Shown in pieces: positions 35,654-44,244 of a DNA stretch of 59,141 bases; the stretch's first letter is position 1, and each line of letters opens with the position of its first letter. A program made the position numbers and the translations under genes. The notes beneath the pieces were generated by a model. The model saw only the letters and a list, made by a program, of their open reading frames with translations, was not told where the DNA came from and did no database searches. The stretch lies in the IMG/VR virus record IMGVR_UViG_3300035070_001240, positions 1 to 59,141 of that record, one strand, 5' to 3'. The stretch comes from a virus. Taxonomy: Duplodnaviria > Caudoviricetes.

Positions 35654-35805
35654 TGTATTGGACTGGATCATTGGCAGCATGGGCTAGAGTATGTAAGCTA
35701 AGGCTTGACCCACATTCACAGAAGGAAACCAGAGAAGTAGCTGAAATGGTTTCCGGTTACATGGGTGATTTGTTTCCGGTTAGTTGGAAGGAGTTAATGA
35801 AGTGA
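35653..35805 (+). pseudogene. thyX: Second, divergent copy of the ThyX C-terminus (50-aa ORF, not in ORF track)
   Basis: MYWTGSLAAWARVCKLRLDPHSQKETREVAEMVSGYMGDLFPVSWKELMK; 30/49 identical to the ThyX C-terminus by hand alignment. Confidence 0.88.
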
Positions 35806-36038
35806 GTATCAAGATTACTCTAGAGCTTAAAGAAACTGATATGCAGGATCAGATTACTGTACAGGTATTACAGAAGATTGTGTACGATACTAAAGCTGAT
35901 CTAAAAACCTGTTGGCATACAAACGATATTAAGCGTAGAAAGAAAGTATCTAAAGCTGCGAAGTATCTGCTTAAGAATTGGTTACTTGACCAGTCAGAAG
36001 CAGACAAGTTTGAACGTGACCTTGAGGAGGTAGGGTAA
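35802..36038 (+). CDS. Hypothetical protein
   Basis: GTG start overlapping the remnant stop, AAGGAG SD. Confidence 0.55.
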   Translation: MSIKITLELKETDMQDQITVQVLQKIVYDTKADLKTCWHTNDIKRRKKVSKAAKYLLKNWLLDQSEADKFERDLEEVG

Positions 36039-36424
36039 TGGATTATTGCGACCAGTGTACTGATCATGAAGAATGTCGTTCCGCAGGATGTTCAAATCCT
36101 CGGAGACACCCCCAACAATTATCAAATAATGGAAACATCGTATATCCCAAACGGGGTACAACGCAACAGGAAGGTGACAAATTACTATTCTGTCATCAAT
36201 GGATTGCGGAACAGGCAAGAAATATCGAACGCCTACAGCAGATCATTGCCGAGAAAGACGCCCAGCTTGATGCCTTTGGTATAAAGTACCCTCAAATGCT
36301 CGACAACGTGTACAACGATGCACTGGAAAAAGCAGCGACTATTGTCGAAAGCAGGGGTGTTGATGGAACTCGCTACACAATCGCCGGGATCATACGAGAT
36401 AATAAGCGGAAATATAGAGGGTGA
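36038..36424 (+). CDS. Hypothetical protein (Cys-rich N-terminus, coiled coil)
   Basis: GAGGAGG SD; NDALEKAA motif. Confidence 0.55.
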   Translation: MDYCDQCTDHEECRSAGCSNPRRHPQQLSNNGNIVYPKRGTTQQEGDKLLFCHQWIAEQARNIERLQQIIAEKDAQLDAFGIKYPQMLDNVYNDALEKAATIVESRGVDGTRYTIAGIIRDNKRKYRG

Positions 36425-36428
36425 CGCA

Positions 36429-36629
36429 GTGAAAGACGTTGAGGCCGTACACAGAGAGAATGGCATCGCTCTGTTTAACGATGGGACAACGGCAGAGATC
36501 ATCGACTGGTACGATGACAGCGGAGACTACTGCGAACCGGAAGACGCATCTTTCGCCATCGTCGGAGATATCAGGACGGGGTACTGGACTATTGATCTGA
36601 GTAAATTTGAGAAAGTGAAGACACAATGA
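36429..36629 (+). CDS. Hypothetical acidic protein
   Basis: Probable GTG start (VKDVEAV) after GAGGG; 3' part of the 36318 ORF. Confidence 0.5.
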   Translation: MKDVEAVHRENGIALFNDGTTAEIIDWYDDSGDYCEPEDASFAIVGDIRTGYWTIDLSKFEKVKTQ

Positions 36630-36853
36630 CAAAATGTAACCAATGTGATGATGGTACGCTTCCATGCTCTTGTAACAAAGCCCAGTTGCCTACACCGCAC
36701 CCGCAGCCAAGCCTAATAGATCGTCTTAAATTTCAGCGCAAAAGTGCATTAGAAAAACTGGCCGATATCGACGAAGCAATGAGATTGCTGGCTGACAATC
36801 CTGATCTGGAAAAGGCGTTCTTGCGGCTAAAAGAATTAGATGAGAGGTGGTAA
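36626..36853 (+). CDS. Hypothetical protein
   Basis: ATGA overlap; CxxC N-terminus. Confidence 0.55.
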   Translation: MTKCNQCDDGTLPCSCNKAQLPTPHPQPSLIDRLKFQRKSALEKLADIDEAMRLLADNPDLEKAFLRLKELDERW

Positions 36854-36873
36854 TAAATGAGCGAGGACGAGAC

Positions 36874-37098
36874 ATGAAAGAAACTGTTCTAAACGGCCCG
36901 ACGGTACAGCAGATGATCGACCACCTATCCCAATACCCGATGGATGCGCCGTTGCGTATTGAAGACGCCGACACCTACTGGACGATCCACAAGATACACG
37001 TCAGCCAAGGAGGTGGTGTCGTCTGGCTTAAAGGCGAATACACCGAAATGAACAGCGGCGGTCGCTTCGATAACGTGCCGGAGCCGGAATCAAAATAG
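36874..37098 (+). CDS. Hypothetical protein
   Basis: TVQQMI..LSQYP.D pattern; GAGG SD. Confidence 0.55.
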   Translation: MKETVLNGPTVQQMIDHLSQYPMDAPLRIEDADTYWTIHKIHVSQGGGVVWLKGEYTEMNSGGRFDNVPEPESK

Positions 37099-37104
37099 AG
37101 GAAT

Positions 37105-37581
37105 TTGACTATGCCTAGAAATCTGACGAATATGGATACTATTGATATTCTTAAAAAGAACATATACGATCTACAGCTATCTTTGGCAAGGGCTTATAAA
37201 AGAATTAAAGACCTAACTAATAAAACTTCCATTGTCACTAGACAGTGGGGATATTATGAAGTCTACGATGATAAGTTAGGAGATAGCAGTGAAAAAGTTA
37301 AACTTAAAAAACTTGTTGTCTACCCTGGTAAAAAACTTTCTATGCAGAAACATAAAAATCGTGCAGAGCTTTGGTTCTGTGCGGAAGGGATTGCCGATGT
37401 TTACTCCCTCGATGACAAGGGAAACACCATCGAAACTTTTAACTTGACACCGGGGGAGACTGTGACTATCCTGCCGGAAAAGTGGCACAGGCTTACTAAC
37501 AATACATCTCATAAAGTGGTAATCATAGAAATTCAATATGGTAAAGAATGTGAGGAGAATGACATTGAGCGATATGTTTAA
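37105..37581 (+). CDS. Cupin, type II mannose-6-phosphate isomerase C-terminal-like
   Basis: RQWG.Y, LSMQKH..RAE.W, WHRL.N, IEIQYG....E.DIER. Confidence 0.8.
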   Translation: MTMPRNLTNMDTIDILKKNIYDLQLSLARAYKRIKDLTNKTSIVTRQWGYYEVYDDKLGDSSEKVKLKKLVVYPGKKLSMQKHKNRAELWFCAEGIADVYSLDDKGNTIETFNLTPGETVTILPEKWHRLTNNTSHKVVIIEIQYGKECEENDIERYV

Positions 37582-38128
37582 TGATAGTGAAGCAAAGGAA
37601 ATAAAGAATTATTGTAACGCTGTATTTGATGGATTGAGAAAAGCGAAGGCTAAAGAACGAGTACAAAGTCCACATATGGATGGAAGACAAATTAATCTCC
37701 AAGGACTAGCAGCGGAGATTTGGTTTAAAAAGAAACATAAAATTCCATATGATTTATCCATCATTGATGATAAACCAAGGTCATATCTAAATGACATTGA
37801 TGTTAAAGTAAACGGAAAGATATTTGAATTAAAACAAACAGCTCACGAGAATGGCTGTTTATTTTTAAGACATGTAGATTGGTATGGTAAACCAATGAAG
37901 TTTATCGCTGATGTATATGTTCTTATTATCGGTAGCTTTCCAAACTATAAGAATGATTTATTTATAACTCGTGAAGAGTTTGTATCATTAAATCAAAAAC
38001 CTAGAATGCACAAACGTATTGGAAAATACGGGTTCTTTGTAGAACAATCCGACATGTATGAAACAATTGAAGAGGCTATGCAATACAATGTCATCAGAAA
38101 TAGTCAAGTCTCACCAACCATGTCCTGA
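37574..38128 (+). CDS. PD-(D/E)xK nuclease-like protein
   Basis: G..AE....D.....ELK pattern. Confidence 0.5.
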   Translation: MFNDSEAKEIKNYCNAVFDGLRKAKAKERVQSPHMDGRQINLQGLAAEIWFKKKHKIPYDLSIIDDKPRSYLNDIDVKVNGKIFELKQTAHENGCLFLRHVDWYGKPMKFIADVYVLIIGSFPNYKNDLFITREEFVSLNQKPRMHKRIGKYGFFVEQSDMYETIEEAMQYNVIRNSQVSPTMS

Positions 38129-39788
38129 CTGTGGAAGCAGTGACGCCTTAGCGTACTACCCTGAAAATACCTATTGCTTTTCCTGTAAAGCACATAGACA
38201 TCTAAAATCTACAGGAGAAGTAGATCATTCAATTCCAGTAACCTACATTGAAAAAGGAACCTTTAAATCTATGGCTGCTGTTCAACAACAATTTAACTCT
38301 GATCGTTTAAATTTTTCTCCAATCATTGATCGTAAGATTGATGTAGATACTTGTAGAAAGTATGGAGTAAAACAAGGAACAACCAATGGAAAAGCCTGTC
38401 ATGTTTATCCTTACTACGACAAGGACACAAAGGAACACATTGTAAACAAGATTAGAATTGTAGATACAAAAGAGTTCTTCTCAGAAGGAGAGAAGCATAA
38501 AAAGACAGGGCTGTTTGGTCAGCATCTTTTCTCGGAAGGTGGTAAGTTTATTACAATTACAGAAGGCGAACTTGATTGCCTTGCTGCTTATCAAATGATG
38601 GGTAGTAAATGGCCTGTCATCTCTATACGAAATGGAGCAGCATCTGCTCTTAATGAAATTAAGTACAATCTAGATTATCTAGGATCATTCCAACATGTCG
38701 TACTTTGTTTCGATAATGATGAGCCTGGAATAAAGGCAACAAGAGAAATAGCTAATCTTCTTGAGCCTGGGCGTTGTAAGATCATGCATCTATCAAAGAA
38801 GGATGCCTGTGAATATCTGATGCATGGACAGACACAAAAGTTTGTACAGGACTTTTGGAATGCTAGAACCTATACACCAGAAGGTATTCTATGTGGACCT
38901 GATATTGAAAAGATTCTATTCTCTGAGGAGAAGATTGAAAGCTATCCGTATCCTTGGGACAGTTTGAATAGTATGACCTACGGTATGCGTAGAGGTGAGC
39001 TTGTTCTTGTTACAGCCGGTAGCGGTATTGGTAAGTCAAGTGTTATGCGTGAACTTGCACATTATCTAATGAAGACTGCTAATGAAAAAGTAGGCTGCTT
39101 GTTTCTTGAAGAGTCTGTACGTAAGACTAGTGATGGTATTCTATCTATTGAAGCTGATAAGAAGTTTCATATACCAGCATCTGAGCAAAATGTTTGGACA
39201 CAGGAAGAGCGTAAACAAGCATATGAAGGTATGAACAGACTAGAGAATGCTGTGTTCTGGAACCACTTTGGTTCGACAAGTTTAGATAATCTACTTAGCC
39301 GTATTAGATATATGGCAAAGGGACTAGACTGTAAGTACATTATTCTAGATCATATTTCAATTGTTGTATATGATTTAGGTGATGAACGTAAAGCAATTGA
39401 TACGGCTATGTTAAAGCTCCGTACACTTGTACAGGAGTTGAATGTCCATCTCATGGTTGTCTGTCATCTTAGCAGACCTAGCGGTACAGGGCATGAAGAA
39501 GGCGCATCTGTAAGCCTCAAGGAGCTACGAGGAAGCCATAGTCTAGCACAATTACCTGACATAATCTTCGCACTTGAACGTAACAACCAAGCGGTAAGTG
39601 AACAGGAACGTAGCCGTACTCTAATTCGTATTTTGAAGAACCGTTTCTCCGGTGAAACAGGACCAGTAACTATGCTTCTATGGAACAAGAACAATGGTCG
39701 TTTGACAGAGGTGCCAATTGATGATAGTAGTATTCTAGAAAATGTAGATGGTCTAGGAGAACTTCACGATGATAGAGAATTTGATTAA
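38088..39788 (+). CDS. DNA primase-helicase (T7 gp4-like)
   Basis: CPDC...CFSC zinc ribbon, TEGELD and DND TOPRIM, GSGIGKS, ILDH, LRGS, KNR. Confidence 0.95.
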   Translation: MSSEIVKSHQPCPDCGSSDALAYYPENTYCFSCKAHRHLKSTGEVDHSIPVTYIEKGTFKSMAAVQQQFNSDRLNFSPIIDRKIDVDTCRKYGVKQGTTNGKACHVYPYYDKDTKEHIVNKIRIVDTKEFFSEGEKHKKTGLFGQHLFSEGGKFITITEGELDCLAAYQMMGSKWPVISIRNGAASALNEIKYNLDYLGSFQHVVLCFDNDEPGIKATREIANLLEPGRCKIMHLSKKDACEYLMHGQTQKFVQDFWNARTYTPEGILCGPDIEKILFSEEKIESYPYPWDSLNSMTYGMRRGELVLVTAGSGIGKSSVMRELAHYLMKTANEKVGCLFLEESVRKTSDGILSIEADKKFHIPASEQNVWTQEERKQAYEGMNRLENAVFWNHFGSTSLDNLLSRIRYMAKGLDCKYIILDHISIVVYDLGDERKAIDTAMLKLRTLVQELNVHLMVVCHLSRPSGTGHEEGASVSLKELRGSHSLAQLPDIIFALERNNQAVSEQERSRTLIRILKNRFSGETGPVTMLLWNKNNGRLTEVPIDDSSILENVDGLGELHDDREFD

Positions 39789-41535
39789 TGATAGAAGGGT
39801 TGTTGTATTTGATATTGAAACTGATGGGCTTCTAGATACCGTATCAACAATTTTTTGCATCGTTTGCAAAGAGTACCCATCAAAAACAACGACCGTGTTT
39901 CGTGGTGACGAGTGTTATAAGGAGTTTCTTGAATACGTAAATACCGATACAGTTTTGGTTGGTCATAACATTCTAAGCTATGATCTACCAGTTCTTTCAA
40001 AGCTTCTTAAATACAAACACCCAATCTCTAAAACTCTAGATACTTTGTTATTATCTCAACTACGTTTTCCATTGATTGAGACAGGACACTCTCTAGCATC
40101 TTGGGGAACACGACTAAATTTTCCAAAGATGGATCAACCATTATTTACGCATCTATCTGAAGAAATGGTTGAGTATTGTATTCGGGATGTTGATCTTACG
40201 TACAAAGTTTTTGATCTTCTCATAACAGACAAGATGAAGAAGTATTCAGATGATTGTGTTCTACGTGAACATAGGTTTCGTTATCTGATGGATCAACAAG
40301 AGCGTACTGGTTTCTACTTTGATCTACCTTATGCTACTGAGTTTCTAGCAATTCTAACAGACAAGTATCTTGAGATTGAACGTAATCTACAGAAAATCTT
40401 TCCTCCAACGATTATTGAAATGAATAGTTATTGGTGGGAAGATGATAACGGTAATCTTTGGAAAACCAAAAAGGAAGCACTAGATAATGGCGTTAAAAAC
40501 GTTGTTCCTGGTAAGTTGAAGACCAAGGAAATACCGTTTAATCCTGGATCAAGACAACAGATAGCAGAACGTTTGATAGAAAAAGGATGGAAGCCAAAGG
40601 AAAAAACAGAGAAAGGAAATATCATTGTAAATGAAACTGTTCTTGAATCTGTTGATATACCAGAGGCTCAAGCAATTAAAGAATACCTTTTGCTTCAAAA
40701 ACGTGTAGCTCAAGTCAAGTCTTGGATTAAGTTCTGTGATCCTGTTACATCAAGAGTACATGGTAGAGTTATGACACTTGGTACTGTATCAACTAGATGC
40801 AGTCACAATGATCCTAACGTTGCTCAAACTCCTGCTTCATACTCTCCTTATGGAAAGGAATGTAGAACTTGCTGGACTGTGGAAAACAAAAAAGATTACA
40901 GATTACTTGGTTGTGATGCTTCTCAACTTGAACTTCGTATTCTAGCTCACTACATGAAGGATGAAGATTACATAAAAGAAATTCTACACGGTGATATTCA
41001 TACAGCTAATCAAAGAATGGCTGGATTGGAAACCCGTGACCAAGCAAAAACATTTATCTATGCTCTGATCTATGGTGCTGGTCCAGCTAAGATTGCTAGT
41101 ATCATTGGACAATCTAAAGCCAAAGGAAAGCTGATCAGAGATAAGTTTCTCTCCAACGTACCGTCGCTCAACAAAGTGTTGACAAGCGTGAACGACTGTG
41201 CTACAAGGACGGGAAGGCTGCGAGGCTTGGATGGTAGGTATCTTCAAGTTCGTAGTTTACATGCCGCTCTGAATGTGTTAATTCAAGGTGGTGGAGCAAT
41301 CGTTTGTAAAGAATGGTTGATCCAAATTATGAAGGAAGTGTATAGATTAAAAATAGACGCCAGACCTGTTGCAAACATTCATGATGAAATTCAGTTTGAG
41401 GTTCATAAGGATCAAGCTGACATTCTTGGAGAGGTAACAAAGACGGCAATGAAGAATGTGGAGTCTGTTTTAAATTTAAATTGTCCACTTGACAGTGATT
41501 TTAAAATAGGCTATACATGGGCAGAAACGCATTAA
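39769..41535 (+). CDS. Family A DNA polymerase with 3'-5' exonuclease
   Basis: DIET, HN...YD, YC..DV; DASQLELR, AKTFIYALIYG, HDE. Confidence 0.95.
   Translation: MIENLINDRRVVVFDIETDGLLDTVSTIFCIVCKEYPSKTTTVFRGDECYKEFLEYVNTDTVLVGHNILSYDLPVLSKLLKYKHPISKTLDTLLLSQLRFPLIETGHSLASWGTRLNFPKMDQPLFTHLSEEMVEYCIRDVDLTYKVFDLLITDKMKKYSDDCVLREHRFRYLMDQQERTGFYFDLPYATEFLAILTDKYLEIERNLQKIFPPTIIEMNSYWWEDDNGNLWKTKKEALDNGVKNVVPGKLKTKEIPFNPGSRQQIAERLIEKGWKPKEKTEKGNIIVNETVLESVDIPEAQAIKEYLLLQKRVAQVKSWIKFCDPVTSRVHGRVMTLGTVSTRCSHNDPNVAQTPASYSPYGKECRTCWTVENKKDYRLLGCDASQLELRILAHYMKDEDYIKEILHGDIHTANQRMAGLETRDQAKTFIYALIYGAGPAKIASIIGQSKAKGKLIRDKFLSNVPSLNKVLTSVNDCATRTGRLRGLDGRYLQVRSLHAALNVLIQGGGAIVCKEWLIQIMKEVYRLKIDARPVANIHDEIQFEVHKDQADILGEVTKTAMKNVESVLNLNCPLDSDFKIGYTWAETH
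41489..41517 (+). promoter_or_regulatory. Possible internal promoter for the HTH/SSB genes
   Basis: TTGACA-N17-TATACA in the pol 3' end. Confidence 0.5.
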
Positions 41536-41556
41536 AGCAAAGGAGATATTATAATT

Positions 41557-41787
41557 ATGCGTACTAATGAAGACCGACTACTGACAGCTTTACGTAAGCG
41601 TATGCGAGTTACTCGTAAGACTGCTATTGAGAATGGCTGGTGCGAGAATCTCACCGCCACTATTTCAGACCTTCGTAGAAAAGGGTTTGACATTCATACA
41701 AAGACTAACTATACAGAAGATGGTAAGTCTTATACCCGATACAGTCTCGTATCGGAACCACTAGAAAATCTATCAAACGTAATCTAA
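41557..41787 (+). CDS. Small winged helix-turn-helix protein
   Basis: L.ATISDLRRKGFDI.T......Y..Y.L. Confidence 0.7.
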   Translation: MRTNEDRLLTALRKRMRVTRKTAIENGWCENLTATISDLRRKGFDIHTKTNYTEDGKSYTRYSLVSEPLENLSNVI

Positions 41788-41820
41788 CAACTTTATCATT
41801 CATATAGGAGTAAATGAACT

Positions 41821-42309
41821 ATGGCTGTTGTAAAAGGCAAATCACACTGGGCTAAACTTGATCGTGCAGTAAATGTATTTGATCCTTCTAAACCTCGCTG
41901 GTCTATTGATCTTCAACTAGACAAGGAAGGTATTAAGCAAATGAAGGAACTTGGTATTCCTGTAAAGAACAAGGACGATGATCGTGGAGACTTCGTTACT
42001 TTTCAAAAGGACCAGTTCTTATCCAATGGACAAGAGCTTCCAAAGCCTCGTGTTCTTGATGCTAAGAAGAACGATATTTCCGGTACACTAATTGGCAACG
42101 GTTCTATCGTTAAAGTATCCTTCTATCCAAAGGAATGGAAGTATGCTAATCGTACTGGAGTACGTGGCGTACTGAAGGATGTACAGGTCATTGAACTTGT
42201 AGAATATGCTCGTAAGGACGAGTTTGAAGAGGAAGACGGGTACGTTTCATCTACTCCTAATGTAGCTCAGAAAGTAGATTCTGTCGAAGATACTTTAGAG
42301 TTTGACTAA
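41821..42309 (+). CDS. Single-stranded DNA-binding protein (T7 gp2.5-like)
   Basis: IGNGS.V, VQVIELVEY, acidic tail ending EFD. Confidence 0.8.
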   Translation: MAVVKGKSHWAKLDRAVNVFDPSKPRWSIDLQLDKEGIKQMKELGIPVKNKDDDRGDFVTFQKDQFLSNGQELPKPRVLDAKKNDISGTLIGNGSIVKVSFYPKEWKYANRTGVRGVLKDVQVIELVEYARKDEFEEEDGYVSSTPNVAQKVDSVEDTLEFD

Positions 42310-42335
42310 GAGAATACGGAAGGGGCATTATCGTA

Positions 42336-43175
42336 ATGGGTAAACTTGATAATTTAGTTTTAGATATTGGAAGAATATTCAAAGAAGGTAAACAACCTTC
42401 TGAGAAGGATTTGAAACAGTTTACTGATGATGTCTCTTCCGTTATTCGTAAGTCGTTTGAAACGAGAGATGTAGCTCCAGAAGAGGCAATTAGATTTTCC
42501 AGTATAGGAAAACCTGACAGGATGTTGTGGTACATTAACAACAATCCTGAGATTGCAGAGGAGCTACATCTTTCAACTCGTATTAAGTTTATGTATGGTG
42601 ACTTGATTGAACAGCTTCTCGTTCTGTTGATCAAAACTGCTGGATACGAGGTGACTGATCAACAAAAAGAAATAAACATTGATGGAGCTAAAGGACATAC
42701 TGATGGTCGAGTTAATGGTGTTGTTGTTGATTATAAATCTGCCTCTCCACATTCATTCAATAAATTTCTTAGTGGCGCTATTTTTACAGACGATCCATTT
42801 GGCTATGTTGCTCAGTTATCAGGATATGCAGATGGAGAAGATGAAGCGGCTTGGATCGTAGCTAATAAAGTAACAGGACATATTCATGTTCTAACTCTTG
42901 ATAGTCTTGAAATGATAGACTTCAAAGAAAGACTATCTCATGTACGTTCTGTTATTAAAAACGATACTCCACCAGAGAGATGCTACGAAGACAAACCGGA
43001 AGGGAAGTCAGGAAACAGAGTGTTGGCTATTGGCTGTATGTACTGCGACTACAAATATGACTGCTGGAAGGATTCAAACGAAGGTAAAGGATTACGAAAG
43101 TTTGTATATTCAAATGGTCCTAAGTTCTTTACAAAAGTAGAGAAAGAACCTAAAGTAGAAGAAGTGCCTTTATAA
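42336..43175 (+). CDS. Cas4-like / PD-(D/E)xK exonuclease
   Basis: GHTD...DYKS, Y..QL..Y, C..CDY...CW. Confidence 0.8.
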   Translation: MGKLDNLVLDIGRIFKEGKQPSEKDLKQFTDDVSSVIRKSFETRDVAPEEAIRFSSIGKPDRMLWYINNNPEIAEELHLSTRIKFMYGDLIEQLLVLLIKTAGYEVTDQQKEINIDGAKGHTDGRVNGVVVDYKSASPHSFNKFLSGAIFTDDPFGYVAQLSGYADGEDEAAWIVANKVTGHIHVLTLDSLEMIDFKERLSHVRSVIKNDTPPERCYEDKPEGKSGNRVLAIGCMYCDYKYDCWKDSNEGKGLRKFVYSNGPKFFTKVEKEPKVEEVPL

Positions 43176-43553
43176 ATGAATAACTACAGAAGTAAAGCAG
43201 AACAGTTTTTTGCAGAGTATCTTGAAACAAATTCTATTAAATTTGAATACGAAAATTTTAGTATTCCTTATGTTATTACTAAACATTATTATCCAGATTT
43301 TTTTATTGCTGATTATAATTTCTTTGTTGAATATAAGGGATACTTCAAACCCTCAGATAGAGGTAAACATTTACTATTTAAACAACAACATCCTAACATA
43401 GACATTAGATTTGTTTTTCAAAACGCGAGGAATAAGATAAACAAAAAATCCAAAACAACTTATGGCGATTGGTGTGATAGGCATGGATTTATGTGGGCAG
43501 AAGGAACCATACCTAAATCATGGCTACGAAAAAACAAAAAATTGAAACACTAA
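43176..43553 (+). CDS. Endonuclease I / Holliday junction resolvase (T7 gp3-like)
   Basis: YRS..E, YYPDF, EYKG, DIRFVF, TTY..WC. Confidence 0.88.
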   Translation: MNNYRSKAEQFFAEYLETNSIKFEYENFSIPYVITKHYYPDFFIADYNFFVEYKGYFKPSDRGKHLLFKQQHPNIDIRFVFQNARNKINKKSKTTYGDWCDRHGFMWAEGTIPKSWLRKNKKLKH

Positions 43554-43948
43554 TTAGCTATAAAAATGAATACGTTAGTAGCGATTCATTATTATATCAA
43601 TATTTTTCTTCCGTAACTAGCGTAAGCAATGTTATTCTTAATCCTGTAGATGATGACAAAGAAGAGTCATCTCCAGAAAGATTATTATTTCTCGCTGTTA
43701 TCTATCAAGCAATCCTAGACGTAAGCCGTGAAGAATTACCGGATGAGTCTGATATTATCAAACGCCAGCGACGGGAAGCCCTAAGCTGGTTCTTCGATGA
43801 AAAATATATTGACAATCTTGACGAGATTTGCTATCTAGCTGGTATCAATTCTAGATGGCTTGTCAGAATTGTTAAACAAATCGTAGACGGTGAATTAGAG
43901 TTTGACCGTAAGCGTATTAACGTTCTTATCAATTCAACAAATACATAA
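43520..43948 (+). CDS. Hypothetical protein
   Basis: LF.AVI.QAI.D...A..WF...IC.LAG. Confidence 0.6.
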   Translation: MATKKQKIETLISYKNEYVSSDSLLYQYFSSVTSVSNVILNPVDDDKEESSPERLLFLAVIYQAILDVSREELPDESDIIKRQRREALSWFFDEKYIDNLDEICYLAGINSRWLVRIVKQIVDGELEFDRKRINVLINSTNT

Positions 43949-43959
43949 GGAATAAAGAA

Positions 43960-44244
43960 ATGTATAATGTTCAATTCCCTTTGTTCGACGATAAAGAACC
44001 TTGGAATGAAGGTTCTGACAATGTAAACTCTCCATCACATTATAATAAAGGATTAGTAGAATGTATTGACGCCATTCAATCTACTACTGATGATGGATTT
44101 GAGTATTATCTACAAGGTAATATCATTAAGTATTTATGGCGTTACCGTTATAAGAATGGTGTAGAAGATTTAAGAAAAGCAAAATGGTACCTAAACAAGT
44201 TAATTGAAATCAAGGAGAAGCCTCTATGCACGGACCAGAAGTAA
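43960..44244 (+). CDS. DUF3310 protein (T7 gp1.7-like nucleotide kinase)
   Basis: VNSPSHY, ECIDAI, GNIIKYLWRY, EDL.KA.WYL. Confidence 0.85.
   Translation: MYNVQFPLFDDKEPWNEGSDNVNSPSHYNKGLVECIDAIQSTTDDGFEYYLQGNIIKYLWRYRYKNGVEDLRKAKWYLNKLIEIKEKPLCTDQK

Noticed and set aside
40410-40540. DnaJ-type zinc-finger insertion in the polymerase
   Set aside because: The short insertion has no CxxCxGxG repeats.
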